Under the pieces are notes generated by a model. That model was given only the letters and a program-made list of their open reading frames with translations. It was not told the DNA's origin and made no database searches. Position numbers and translations under genes: made by a program. A stretch of DNA of 64,000 nt from the human T2T-CHM13v2.0 reference genome, Homo sapiens, in assembly GCF_009914755.1 (NCBI RefSeq), contig NC_060928.1, one strand, 5' to 3'. Positions 14,671 to 28,797 of the stretch are shown here, piece after piece. Numbering within the stretch: position 1 is the first letter of the stretch; every line of letters starts with the position of its first letter.

Positions 14671-17272
14671 GGAGTGCCGGGACGGAGTGCCGGGATGGAG
14701 TGCCGGGATGAGAGCCGGGATGGAGCGCCAGGATGGAGTGCCGGGATGGAGCGCCGGGATGAGTGCCGGGATGGAGCGCCGGGATGGAGTGCCAGGATGG
14801 AGTGGCAGGATGAGTCCCGGGATGGAGTGCCAGGATGGAGTGCCAGGATGAGTGCCGGGATGGAGCGCCGGGATGGAGTGCCGGGATGGAGCGCCGGGAT
14901 GGAGTGCCGGGATGGAGTGCCAGGATGGAGTGCCGGGATGAGTGCTGGGATGGAGTGCCGGGATGAGTGAGGATGAGTGCCAGGATGAGTGCCGGGATGA
15001 GTGCCGGGATGGAGTGCCGGGATGAGTGCCGGGATGAGTGCCGGGATGGAGTGCCGGGATGAGTGCCGGGATGGAGTGCTGGGATGGGGTGCCGGGATGG
15101 AGTGCCGGGATGAGTGCCGGGATGGAGTGCCGGGATGAGTGAGGATGAGTGCCAGGATGAGTGCCAGGATGAGTGCCGGGATGGAGTGCCAGGATGAGTG
15201 CCGGGATGAGTGCCGGGATGGAGTGTCGGGATGAGTGCCGGGATGAGTGCCAGGTGAGTGCCGGGATGGAGTGCCGGGATGGAGTGTCGGGATGAGTGCC
15301 GGGATGAGTGCCGGGATGGAGTGTCGGGATGAGTGCCGGGATGAGTGCTGGGATGAGTGCCGGGATGGAGTGCCGGGATGAGTGAGGATGAGTGCCAGGA
15401 TGAGTGCCGGGATGAGTGCCGGGATGGAGTGCCGGGATGGAGTGGCAGGATGAGTCCCGGGATGGAGTGTCGGGATGAGTGCCGGGATGAGTGCCAGGAT
15501 GGAGTGTCGGGATGAGTGCCGGGATGAGTGCTGGGATGAGTGCCGGGATGGAGTGCCGGGATGAGTGAGGATGAGTGCCAGGATGAGTGCCGGGATGAGT
15601 GCCGGGATGGAGTGCCAGGATGAGTGCCGGGATGAGTGCCGGGATGAGTGCCGGGATGGAGTGCCGGGATGAGTGCCGGGATGGAGTGCCAGGATGGAGT
15701 GTCGGGATGAGTGCCGGGATGCGTGCCGGGATGGAGTGTCAGGATGAGTGCTGGGATGAGTGCCGGGATGAGTGCCGGGATGGAGTGCCGGGATGAGTGA
15801 GGATGAGTGCCGGGATGAGTGCCGGGATGAGTGCCGGGATGAGTGCCGGGATGGAGTGCCGGGATGAGTGCCGGGATGGAGTGCCGGGATGGAGTGCCGG
15901 GATGAGTGCCGGGATGGAGTGCCGGGATGAGTGAGGATGAGTGCCAGGATGAGTGCCAGGATGAGTGCCGGGATGGAGTGCCGGGATGGAGTGCCGGGAT
16001 GGAGTGCCGGGATGAGTGCTGGGATGGAGTGCCGGGATGAGTGAGGATGAGTGCCAGGATGAGTGCCGGGATGAGTGCCGGGATGAGTGCCAGGATGGAG
16101 TGCCGGGATGAGTGCCGGGATGAGTGCCGGGATGAGTGCCGGGATGGAGTGCCGGGATGGAGTGTCGGGATGGAGTGCCGGGATGGAGTGTCGGGATGGA
16201 GTGCCGGGATGAGTGCCGGGATGGAGTGGCAGGATGAGTCCCGGGATGGAGTGCCGGGATGAGAGCCGGGATGGAGTGCCGGGATGAGTGCCGGGATGGA
16301 GTGCCGGGATGAGTGCCGGGATGAGTGAGGATGAGTGCCGGGATGAGTGCCGGGATGAGTGCCGGGATGGAGTGCCGGGATGAGTGCCGGGATGGAGTGC
16401 CGGGATGGAGTGCCGGGATGAGTGCCGGGATGGAGTGTCGGGATGGAGTGCCGGGATGAGTGAGGATGAGTGCCAGGATGAGTGCCGGGATGAGTGCCGG
16501 GATGGAGTGCCGGGATGAGTGCCGGGATGGAGTGCCGGGATGGAGTGCCGGGATGAGTGCCGGGATGGAGTGTCGGGATGGAGTGCCGGGATGAGTGCCG
16601 GGATGGAGTGCCGGGATGAGTGAGGATGAGTGCCGGGATGAGTGCCGGGATGAGTGCCGGGATGGAGTGCCGGGATGGAGTGCCGGGATGAGTGCCGGGA
16701 TGGAGTGCCGGGATGAGTGAGGATGAGTGCCGGGATGAGTGCCGGGATGAGTGCCGGGATGGAGTGCCGGGATGGAGTGCCGGGATGAGTGCCGGGATGG
16801 AGTGCCGGGATGAGTGAGGATGAGTGCCAGGATGAGTGCCGGGATGAGTGCCGGGATGGAGTGCCGGGATGGAGTGCCGGGATGAGTGCCGGGATGAGTG
16901 CCGGGATGGAGTGCCGGGATGGAGTGCCGGGATGAGTGCCGGGATGGAGTGTCGGGATGGAGTGCCGGGATGAGTGCCGGGATGGAGTGCCGGGATGAGT
17001 GCCGGGATGGAGTGTCGGGATGGAGTGCCGGGATGAGTGCCGGGATGGAGTGCTGGGATGAGTGCCGGGATGGAGTGCCGGGATGAGTGAGGATGAGTGC
17101 CAGGATGAGTGCCGGGATGAGTGCCGGGATGGAGTGCCGGGATGGAGTGCCGGGATGGAGTGCCGGGATGAGTGCCGGGATGGAGTGCCGGGATGAGTGA
17201 GGATGAGTGCCAGGATGAGTGCCGGGATGAGTGCCGGGATGAGTGCCGGGATGGAGTGCTGGGATGAGTGCT
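14671..17272. repeat. 2.6-kb CpG/G-rich minisatellite (VNTR), roughly 200 units of 10-13 bp
   Basis: Mixture of ggagtgccgggat (13), gagtgccgggat (12) and gagtgaggat (10) with CpG-decay variants. Confidence 0.98.
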
Positions 17273-17412
17273 AGGGCGCTCGTTTCTGCTTCAGGGCACA
17301 TTCTCAAACGTACTTGTTTGTTCACAAGAACCCATTTTCTGCTGCTCTCTGCCTTCGAATCTAATGGCTTCAAATTTACACTAAAGTTGAATCACAGTGT
17401 TGATACTACTCG

Positions 17413-17535
17413 TTCTAAGATGAATGAGTTCTGGGAGTCGAATGTATGGTATGGTGACTAGAGGTAATGATACTGTATTGTATACCTGAAATTTGCTAAG
17501 AGAGTAGATTTTAAATATTCCCACTCTAAAACAAA
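17413..17535 (+). mobile_element. L1MA/MB 3' fragment
   Basis: atggtgactagaggtaatgatactgtattgtatacctgaaatttgctaagagagtagattttaaatattc. Confidence 0.7.
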
Positions 17536-17539
17536 CAAA

Positions 17540-17659
17540 AGAAGGAAAGAGGAAAAGAAAAAAGGAAGAAAGGAAGGGAAGGAAGGGAAGGAAGGAAGGA
17601 AGGAGGAAGGAAGGAAGGAAGGAAGGAAGGAAGAAAGGAGGGAAGAAAGGAAAGAGGAA
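17540..17659. repeat. Polypurine / (GGAA)n microsatellite
   Basis: Pure A/G tract with runs of 4 and 7 consecutive GGAA. Confidence 0.95.
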
Positions 17660-19829
17660 TTCATTTTCTATATTGGCCTTGTTAACAGTTGTGGTGGAAC
17701 ATTAATATGAGATAATAGTATTTTTTAAAAGCTCAGGAATTACTTCAGAAATGATGTAATAGAATTCCAAATACCAGTTGGCTTTGGGGAAGAATGAAAG
17801 AAACACAGAGGCACAAATGGGTACCTGTAATATTTCTTTTCTCAAACATCTGAATCAAATATGTCAGAATGAGCAGTTTTAACTCACTTGCTTATCATGA
17901 GTGCTGTTCTCCATATTACTCCATAATTTTCTGCATTTTTGAGATACTTGATAGTAAAAGGAAAGAATGACCCGTCTCCCCACCAAAAACAGCAGCTGAT
18001 ATTAACAGTGTGGAAATTGAATATTAGAGGAAATCAACTGACAATCTATTCGAGCTTTTTCTAGAATCCCTTTACTAGGTTGTCAAACTCTTAGTAGTTC
18101 TACAACTGGCCTAAATCGGTTACAGCAAAAGAAGATAAAATATATGGGTTGGGTTTTCTTTCTCTTCTTCAATGACAAAGTTTGCCAGAAGCAAAGGCTG
18201 CCTGGACTCACCCAAATGAGGTGAGTCCTTCTTTCAGAACCACAGGCTGGAGGAGGTGCCTCCCTCCTAAGCAAGGAGTGGCCACACCCCTGGGCAGGGC
18301 AGGCCCTGGGAACAGGGGAAAGGTTATTCCAGGGCGGTGAGGAGGCAGCTGAGAAACCAGTCCTGGCACCGGCTTGGCCTGGCAAGTGCAGGGTATGTGC
18401 AGGCTGAGGGAGATGATCCCTAGAGCAAAGCCACTTTGGACTCTGGGTCATGAGGACCCCACGGCTGAGCTGACTCCATACCTGGGAGCCTGGCCTTCTC
18501 TTCCAGGGTTGCTGCAAAGCCCATGCCAGAGTCCAGGGCTGCGAAGTGGCTTCAGACCGCAGGTGTCAAGGCTGCCTTCTACTTAACTACCTGCATTGCT
18601 TCTCTGCATCAGTGACTCAAGACACAGTGGAGCCTCCTGGGTTCAAGGCCCTTCAAGGCACTAGGTGTCACCCCCATGGAGGGACATCCTTTATGGGACT
18701 CCAGAAATTCCCCTTGTTCCTGTCAGCACCGTTCAAGACTGATGCTCCCATCTCGTCTTTCACTGACAGTGGGGTTCTGCCTATAAGATAAAGGGTCAGG
18801 GGTTCAATTGGGTTTGTTGTTTTGAGGGAGAGGCAAACTGAGCCCCACATTCCTGCAACACCCCTTTTCTTGCCCTCTTGTCTAAATAGGGGGCATTTTC
18901 CAATGTTCCACCCTTTATAGTGGTGTTGTCACATAGAAAGCTCATATACTTGGGACATTGTTGGCATCCCCAGGTCCTTGGAGACCCTGTGGGCGCCGCC
19001 CTCATCTGGCTGAGTATTTCCTCCCATGCCTCCTACAGCTGCCCAGCATCAAGTTCAAAGCCTCATTTATCACCTGTCCTCCATGGCTGTCCTTCAGGAT
19101 CCCGCATTTCTATTTTGGATACTGGGATCCCTCCATGGCCAGGCTGAGTGTCGCCTGCCCCTCGCTCGTCCCCACAGCCAGTCATGACCAGGCCATGCAG
19201 CCTCCCTCTGCAGCACCTCTCCAGTTGTCTTCACCTTTCACACTGTCCCTCGGGCCAGGCCTCACTGGGTGATGACCCAAATGGTCACTAGCAGGTCCCA
19301 AAAGGTCTCTCAGCCTCCAGCCTCATTCTTGAATCTACTGGGTACAGACTGGGCCTCCTGAGTCTCCTGGGAACTGGCTAAGTTACAAAGTGCTGGGTCT
19401 TGCCACACACCTGCTGACACCAAATCTTGGAGGTGGGACTGGAAAATCTGACTTCGAGTGTAAATCCCAATGCTCAGCACAGTCTGAATTCATTGTGCTA
19501 ATCCATCACCAGGGGATTTGGTGAGAACGTGGATTTGGAGCCACACTCCTCAGGTTCAGATCCCGGGGTGATCACTCGCTGGTTGCATGACCTTTAACAG
19601 ATTATTTAACCTCCCAGTGCCTCCGTTTCCTCATCTTTCTACTGGGCGTCAACATGAGGATCAAATGCCGCCATATGTGTGAAGTCTGTGGCATGTAGCA
19701 TGTAGTCCAGCATGAAAGCTATTGAAGGTTGAGATATTCCCGCCCAGCACATCAGACGTGGAGGGACTTTTCATCCCAAAATGCCACTTTCATCAAGTCA
19801 TGTTCTTCACTTAAAACTGTCCAATGCCT

Positions 19830-20625
19830 ACCTCCAAAGACTAGAGTGCAGGAAATGAAAAAAATAACTTTACAGTGGAGAACCAGTCCTCTGGCCGGGT
19901 GATGAAGATAACATAGAAACCAGAAGGCAAACTGATGTATGGTGTGAGGAGCGGGGTACTGGACCTCCATGCTTCTCCAAAAACTGAGAACCCCTGTGAG
20001 AGCTGAATGAGAAAATATCATAAGGAAAATATCAAATCAACCCAAATTAAGGATTGTGCTACAAAATCCCTGACCAGGACTCCTCAAATTGTCTGGGTCA
20101 TCAAAATCAAGGGAAGTCTGAGAAGCTGTCACATCAAGGGGAGTTGAGGGAGACGTGACAACTAAATCCAGTGTGGGGTCCTGGAACAGAAAAGGGGCAT
20201 TAGGTACAAATTCATGAGATCCAAATCCAGCATGGACTTTAGTTAATGATAATGTATCAATACTGGTTCATTAATTGTAACAAATGTACCACCCTAATAT
20301 GAGATATTCATAATAATAAGGGAAGCTGATTGTGGAGTGTACTGGAATAGCTTTGCAACTTTGGATGGGTGCAAATTGGGTATTCTGGATGGAATCCTGC
20401 AAAAGGACAGTAGGGAAAACTAATGAAATCTTCATAACGTGAGGACTTCAGTTAAGAATATATCAATATTGGCTCATTAGTTGTGCAAATGTACCACAGT
20501 AATGTAAGATCTTAGCCCTAGGGGAAACTGGCTGAGGGGTATATGGGACCTCTCTGTATTATCCTTGCAACTTTTTGGAAATTCTAAATTTATTCCAAAA
20601 TTAGAAAGTACGCTTTAAAAAAAAA
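19830..20625 (+). mobile_element. L1MC-like 3' fragments
   Basis: gtatcaatactggttcattaattgtaacaaatgtaccacc and ggggtatatgggacctctctgtattatccttgcaactttt. Confidence 0.7.
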
Positions 20626-20813
20626 AGTCAGGACTCCCATAGTCTGTAGCCACGGCCACCTCCCTCTGCTCTCATTAGGAACCCACTCTTCTGCCTAGGT
20701 TGCTCCTCTAGGGCCTCAGCACCAGCTCCCAGCAGGTGTTTTGCTCTGGTCCCCACCTCGCTGAGCTCAGCCTCACTCCCACTCGTAAAAATGTAAGATC
20801 CCACCAGACCATG

Positions 20814-21157
20814 TGATATGGTTTGGCTGTGTCCCCACCAAAATCTCATTGTGAATTCACATGTGTTGTGGGAGGCACCCAGCGGGAGGTAATTGAATCA
20901 TAGGGGCTGGTCTTTCCTGTGCTGTTCTCATGATAGTGAATAAGTCTCACAGGATGTGATGATTTTTAAAAGGAGAGTTTCCCTGCACAAGTTCCCTTCT
21001 CTTGTCTGCCACCATGTGAGATGTGCCTTTCACCTTCCACCATGATTGTGAGGCCTCCCTAGCCACATGGAACTGTATGTCCAATAAACCTCTTCCTTTT
21101 GTAAATTGCCCAGCTTCAGGTATGTCTTTATCAGCAGTTTGAAAACAGACTAATACA
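20814..21157 (+). mobile_element. THE1B-type solo LTR
   Basis: tgatatggtttggctgtgtccccacc...gaaaacagactaataca; 5-bp TSD ccatg at 20809-20813 and 21158-21162. Confidence 0.93.
21054..21066 (+). promoter_or_regulatory. PRDM9-A/B recombination-hotspot motif CCTCCCTAGCCAC in THE1B
   Basis: Exact match to CCTCCCTNNCCAC at the canonical THE1 position (gaggCCTCCCTAGCCACatgg). Confidence 0.8.
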
Positions 21158-21454
21158 CCATGGGAGCCCCAGGCAAGCATCTTTTCTTCCAGAATTCCTG
21201 CCCTGAGCCCTCAGGCGCCAATAGCTCCCTCCTCTGAGTTCTGATTCTTCCTCCCTCTTTCCTTCCTTCTGCATCTGCATTTTCCCAGTTATTGTTGTCA
21301 AATCCATCTCTCCCCCACCAACCTGCAAGCCCCTCAAGGACAGGATTGTCACCTTCCTTTGTGTTCCCATGACACTAACCACGTTTCTCTACCCCTCCAG
21401 GTTACCTTCCTCCATGTAAGAGAGGCTGTGCAAATGGTTTCAGGGTGTTTTTTT

Positions 21455-21840
21455 TTTTAAAGTTTTATCATGGTAAACAATACTTAACACAAATTTTACC
21501 ATTTTAACCATTATTAAGTGAGCAGTTTGGTGGCATTAAGTATGTTCACATTGTTGTGCTACCATCAGCACCATCCATCTCCAGAGCTTTCTCATCTTCC
21601 CAACGGAAGCTGTCCCCATTCCTCTCTCCCTCCCTCCAGCCCCTGGCAACCACCTTTCTGTTTTTGGTGCTTATGAATTCAGCTCTTCTAGGAACCTCAT
21701 ATGAGTGGAATCCCACAGTGTTTGTCCTTTGTGACTGGCTGATTTCACTCAGCATGATGTCCTCAAGGCTTATCCGCGTTGTAGCATGTGTCAGAATACT
21801 CTTCCTTAAGGCTGGATAGGATTTCATTGTCTGTATCTGC
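21455..21840 (-). mobile_element. L1MB-like 3' fragment
   Basis: ttcacattgttgtgctaccatcagcaccatccatctccagagc...ttgtgactggctgatttcactcagcatgatgtcctcaagg. Confidence 0.8.
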
Positions 21841-23217
21841 TGTCATATGTTTGGTTTTTCATTTCCAAAGAGGACCATAATTAGCACAGGAAGGGTCCAA
21901 GGAGGCATGAGTGGAAGGTGTCAGGCTGAACTCCTGGCGTTGTCAACCCCTCCCTGCTCCATGGCTGCGTGGTCCATGGCAATGCAAAAAAGGTGAGCCT
22001 TCAGCCCTCTCTCCACCTCAGTTCAGGGCCGAGCACCTGGGCACCTTTATGCTGTATTCTCAGACATCTATTGCAGACATAAATAACATCAACAAATAAT
22101 CAGATCCAATCTCACTGGGCTGGGCCCAAAAAGAGACCCATATATAAAGATGATTGTGGAATTCATTTCCTATCCACTCTCACTTATCCTCTGAGTATGA
22201 GTCTGCTCTTTGCCCCAAAGAAGAGAGGATCAAGGAAATACAGCATCCTACACATGACAATATAAGTAACAACAACTGAATATCCTCTTCTTCCCATTTG
22301 CCCCAAACCATATCAATTTATAGCAGATTGATTGAAACCTAGCCATGAATTTGCACAGTCCCCTCACTCTGAACACCTCACTCACTGGTAGTAGTGTTGT
22401 ATTGTCAGGAGTTCATAGAAGAGAACATTGATTGTATTAGTCAGATAAAGCAAAGGCAACTGCCCTAAGGATAAATCCTGAAATCTCAATGGCTTCACTC
22501 AACCTAGGATTCTGTCTTGCTCTTGTAGGTCAGGCGGCTTTCCTGCCTGGCCCTCCTCCAAAAGTCATTCAGGGTCTCCTTCCTTCTTGGTATTTCACCA
22601 TCTTGGAGTTCCTTCCTTCTAGGCATGTGAGTAGAAAAGAGAGAGAAGACAGAGAAGGCGCTTGATCTACACAGCCACAAACCGGAAATGGCATGGCACT
22701 CCTGCTCACCTTCCATGGCAAGAGCGACCTGCGTGGTACCATCGAGAGGCGTGAGGGAGAACCTGGGAAAGGCATCCTTCCTGCACCTCCACAGGAGAAG
22801 AAAATGGTCTAATTACCACATAGCACCGACTCTGCTACAATAACATCACCGCTCTCTTGAGCTCAGTCGTCCTTTTTGAGGCCAGCAAAGTCCTCAGTTA
22901 ATTTTTGGAAAAGTTGACAGGAAAGAGCTGTCCAGAAAATTTTGTCTTCAGGTTTCCTAGTAGTAACAGCCATCATTTACTAAATGTTTACTGCATATCA
23001 CATATCAATCTGTATGTTTTAATGCATTAATTCATTTAATCCACCTAAGTACTTTATAATATGATTATTCTTATTTTACAGATAAGAAAAATATTTTTGG
23101 TCCCCTGTATTAGTTTGCTAGGGCTGCCACACACACACACATGCACAGTACCACAGGTTGGGTGGCTTAAAAAACAGATATTTTCTCACAGTTCTGGAGG
23201 CAAGAAGTCTGAGATCA

Positions 23218-23827
<610 letters not shown>

Positions 23828-24867
23828 CACCTTCTCCCTGTGTCTTTACATAGTCTTTCCTCTGTGTGTGCGTGCACATTTGTGTTTAAATTTCCTCTTC
23901 TTAAAAGGACACCAGCCATATTAGATTAGGGCCGCCCTAAAGGCCTCATTTTAACTTAGCTAAATGAACTCTTTGAAGAATTTATCTCCAAATATGGCTA
24001 CATTCTGAAGTACCGGGGGTTGGGACTTCCACATAGAAATTTGTGTGTGGGGAGGAACACAATTCAGCCCAGAACATCCCCTACTTTTTCTTATGTGAAT
24101 TTATTCTATAAAACTATGCACAGAGATTTAACTGCAAGTTTTTTATTGCATATTAGTTTCTAATAATCAAAATATTAGGAATGGGTTCAGCAGCAATTAA
24201 CAGAAACCCCAACTCAGAGTGGCTTCAACATAACACATAGTTCAGGTGTAGGTGGTCATTGGTATTTGTCCAGTGGCTCTGTGAAAATCTCTCCCTGTTG
24301 GCTCATGCCTGTCACCTCATCATCATATAATGGCTACCATAGCTCCAGACACCATGTCTACCTTTAAAGAGGAAAAGGGGAAAAGAAAGAATGATGGCAT
24401 CTTCTGTCTCTTTATCAAGAAAGAAAAACTTCCCCAGAAATCACAGAAAACTTTATCTGATGTCTCATGGGTTAGAATTGGGTCTCTTATCCAACTGTAG
24501 CTGAATATCTGGGAAGTAGTGAGTTGTAGGGTGTATAAAGCCCTGGGATGTGGGTAGAAGAAAAGGAAAATCTGTATAGGGAATCACTGAGGCTCCCTTT
24601 CAAAGGTCAACATTACTAAAACATTCTAGATGAATTGGGATGGTTCCTATTCGTTGGGGAAGAAGTCAAGACAGGTGATGTGGGCTCAGCAAATGGATCC
24701 AGTAGCTCCACAGGGCATGGCTCAGCCAGGGCTCTCTGCTAGACTTGGCACCCTCTTTTGGAAGCAGTGGCTAAGTTATGAGTGTAGGCTTAAAAACAAG
24801 ACACTAGTAGCTTTGGAAGCCTGATTGCAGGCATCACCGTGACTTGTGTGGGAAGCTTCTGCGCTAG

Positions 24868-25183
<316 letters not shown>

Positions 25184-25604
25184 AATCCATACCAATTTTC
25201 TACAACGACACTACAGCTAATAAGAGGGCAGGATAGCAGGTCAGCCAGGCCCCGGAGGGCTGCTTAGGCTCCCCAGCATCCTCTGTGTCTTGTGTTTGGA
25301 ATAAGAACCCACCCTTCCGGAGCCCTGGGATTATCATGCAATTGAGGGGAAAGGAGACCCCAACTGCGATGAGCCAAGTCTCAAACCGTTAACCAAAAAA
25401 TAAAAAATGAGTCTGCAATTGTGCCCCAAGTAGACTGTAAGTAAACATGCCAAGTAGCTTATATTTTCTAAAACGTCTACAATAAACATATTTTAATTTT
25501 GTAATAGGAAACAAAACATATTAAAGTGGTTTTTAAAAGAGTATAGTTATTACTGATCAAAATGAAAACAAGCCCAATTTTTAAATTATTTCAAGTTATG
25601 CTTT

Positions 25605-26499
25605 TCTTTTTTCTTTAATTTTTATTTTAGGTTTGGGGGTGCATGTGAAGGTTTGTTACACAGGGAAACACATGTCACGGGGGTTTATTGTACAGATTAT
25701 TTCATCACCCAGGTATTAAGCCCAGTACCCAGTAGTGGTCTTTTCTTCTCCTCTCCCTCTTCCTACCCTCCCCCTTCAAGTAGACCTCAGTGTCTATTGT
25801 TTCCTTCTGTGTGTTCATAAGTTCTCATCATTTAGCTCTCACTCATAAGTGAGAACATGTGGTATTTCATATTCTGTTCCTGCGTTAGTTTGCTAAGGAT
25901 AATGGCCTCCAGCTCCTTCCATGCTCCCGCAAAAGACATGATCTCATTCTTTTTTATGGCTGCATAATATTCCACAGTGGGTATGTACCACATTTTCTTT
26001 ATCCAGTCTGTCATTGGTGAGCATTTAGGTTGATTCCATGTCTTTGCTATTGTGAATAGTGCTGCAGTGAACATTTGCATGCATGTGTTTTATGCAAGTA
26101 GAGTGATTTCTATTCCTCTGGGTGTATACCCAGTAATGGGATTGCTGAGTGGAATAGTAGTTCTGCTTTCAGCTCTTCGAGGAATCGCCATACTGCTTTC
26201 CACAATGATTGAACTAATTTACACTCCCACCAACAGTGTGTAAGTGTTCCCTTTTCTCCCCAACATCGTCGGCATCTGTTATTTTTTGACTTTTTAATCA
26301 TAGCCATCCTGATTGGTGTGAGATGGTATCTAACCGTGGTTCTGATTTGCATTTCTCTAATGGCCAGTGATGTTGAGCTTTCTTTCATATGCTTGTGGGC
26401 TGCATGTATGTCTTCTTTTGAGAAGTGTCTGTTCATATCCTTTGCCCACTTTTTAATGGGGTTGTTTTTTCTTTTGTAAATTTAAGTTCCTTATAGATG

Positions 26500-26542
<43 letters not shown>

Positions 26543-26570
26543 CTTTGTTAGATGCATAGTTTGAAGTTAT
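25605..26570 (-). mobile_element. Older primate L1PA/PREC 3' fragment (~1 kb) with (TA)n at ~26502-26538
   Basis: ORFs 26110..26436 and 25832..26080 translate to L1 ORF2 C-terminal sequence ([10 protein letters not shown]..., MFTAALFTIAKTWNQPKC); L1 3'UTR present. Confidence 0.92.
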
Positions 26571-26617
26571 GCTTTTCATAATAGCAAAAACATCTGTAAG
26601 CAATTCAAATGCCCAGC

Positions 26618-26678
26618 CATTCATTTGAAAGAATATATTCATTTGAAAGAATATATTCATTTGAAAAAATATATTCAA
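26618..26678. repeat. 18-bp tandem repeat x3
   Basis: attcatttgaaagaatat repeated three times. Confidence 0.85.
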
Positions 26679-26698
26679 AGCCATTAAAATAATATGTA

Positions 26699-27033
<335 letters not shown>

Positions 27034-27389
27034 TCAATATGTGGAAAAGTATGTATGAATAAAAAGAACAAAGACACATATTCGTTGATTACAACTGGGG
27101 AAAATTATGTTTATACAATGATAAGAATGAAAACAGTAGAGATAGGTAAATCGTTCAAGTTTTCAACTGAAAGAATTATTTGTGTTTAGGGAAGGTGTGA
27201 AGTGTAAATCTCTACAGAAAAAAAAGTTTCAAAATAGCAAATCTAATGGATGTGGGCTCTGTTAGGAACAGCATGGCCATGCTTTCAAACCTCCTTCAGG
27301 GCTGTCCTGGGCAACAGAGGAACGCTTTTGATCTGCTGTCTTGGCAAATTTCAAGTACACAATCCGTGATTATTAGCTACAGTCACCAG

Positions 27390-27580
27390 CTGAAGTGTTC
27401 TCAGCACACACACACACACACACACACACAAGGTAACTATGGGAGGTGATGGATATGTTAATTAGTTTGATCGTGTATATATTCACAAAGTGTATATATA
27501 TATGTATCAAAAGATCACATTGTATACACCAAATATATATGATTTGTATTTGTTAATCATACCTCAGTAAAGCTGGAAAC
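27390..27580 (+). mobile_element. L1M 3' terminus with (CA)n at ~27405-27430
   Basis: ggtaactatgggaggtgatggatatgttaattagtttgat...atcatacctcagtaaagctgg. Confidence 0.7.
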
Positions 27581-28034
27581 ATTTTTTTCTATTAAAATTG
27601 CCTCGAAAAGTAAAAATGAGAAGAATTATAAATATTTAGTAAATGTCAAGTGCTTTATTCATGGATAACAAAATATATTTATAGTGCAAAAAACAACAAG
27701 AAAGAACATAAGAAGTGAGTTCATGCTCTCAGCCCTCCCCCAGCTCCGCCCTCCCCGAGGTCCCAGTGTTCCGTCCTCTTTCTGTCTCTAACCTTCCACA
27801 GACCGAGTTCCCTGAACCCTTCTCTTAGCCTCGCCCTCTGCTCCTGGGAGACAGCCAACATGGATGGAGTCACGTCTGCTTATATCTTTAGCCAGGACTC
27901 ACTAGAATGTTCTTATCCTTCTCAGGAAATAGGTTTTTTTCTTGTGCAATATTATTTTCTACTGCCCCCATCTCCAATTTGAAAAGTAGCAGGTGCTCAT
28001 TATAAAAAGCTTCCAGTTTAAAAAATGTTGTAAT

Positions 28035-28320
28035 ATTATTTTAATCTTTTTTAGTGTTACATAAGAGCTGTACAAATCTTCAGGGCATATGTGATATTTT
28101 GACACATTGCTATATTGTGTAAAGGTCAAGTCGGGGAATTGGGTTATCCCTCACCTTAAATATTTATCTTTCCTTTATGCTGGGAACATTTCAATCATTC
28201 TCTTCTAGCTATTTTGAGTTGTGCAGTAGATTATTGTCAAATATGGTCACTCTACTGATCTATCGAACACTAGGTCTCATTTCTTCTATCTGACTGCATA
28301 TTTGTACCCATTGATCAATG
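28035..28320 (-). mobile_element. L1MA-like 3' fragment
   Basis: tttcctttatgctgggaacatttcaatcattctcttctagctattttgag...actgcatatttgtacccatt. Confidence 0.7.
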
Positions 28321-28479
28321 AGAGTTTATACATTTTCTGTATTATATTGGGGACCCGTCTGTTGTGTTCTGGGGCCTGCCCCATTCACAGCTGTCCCAAG
28401 GGGGTTTCTTACCCACAGTCTACTGAGCTGTGTGTCTGTTGACTCTGCCCCTGCCCTTGCCCGCTGGATTGACCAGGGC

Positions 28480-28797
28480 GGTCCCACAGTCACTCATGCT
28501 TTGTGGTGGGATGCAAGAGGCAGCAACAGTACTGCCCTCACTCACTTCTGCAAAACACTCGTGGCTGCTACCTTCTGCATGCCAGGATTCCCAAAAGCCT
28601 CATGGACACTCTTTTAAAGCACTGCCTCCAAAGAAGGCCTTCTAAAAATACACGTGTGATTTTAAAATGTTCATGCACTTGGATCCCATGATTCTACTTC
28701 TGGAAATGTATCCAAAGGATATACTCATAGATATTCAAATAGAGACCTGTAAAAGGGACTTTCTGTGTGACATTATTACTTTTCTTGGGTCAGATTT
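28480..28797 (+). repeat. Left arm of a 318-bp inverted duplication
   Basis: Reverse complement of 30428-30745; 35 mismatches and no gaps by hand alignment. Confidence 0.95.

Noticed and set aside
15739-17373. 544-aa ORF, the longest in the window
   Set aside because: Almost wholly inside the minisatellite, whose minus strand lacks stop codons; translation is periodic (HPGT/SRHS/IPAL) with no domain
25832-26436. ORFs resembling a real protein
   Set aside because: Broken L1 ORF2 C-terminal remnants; same for 47138..47437
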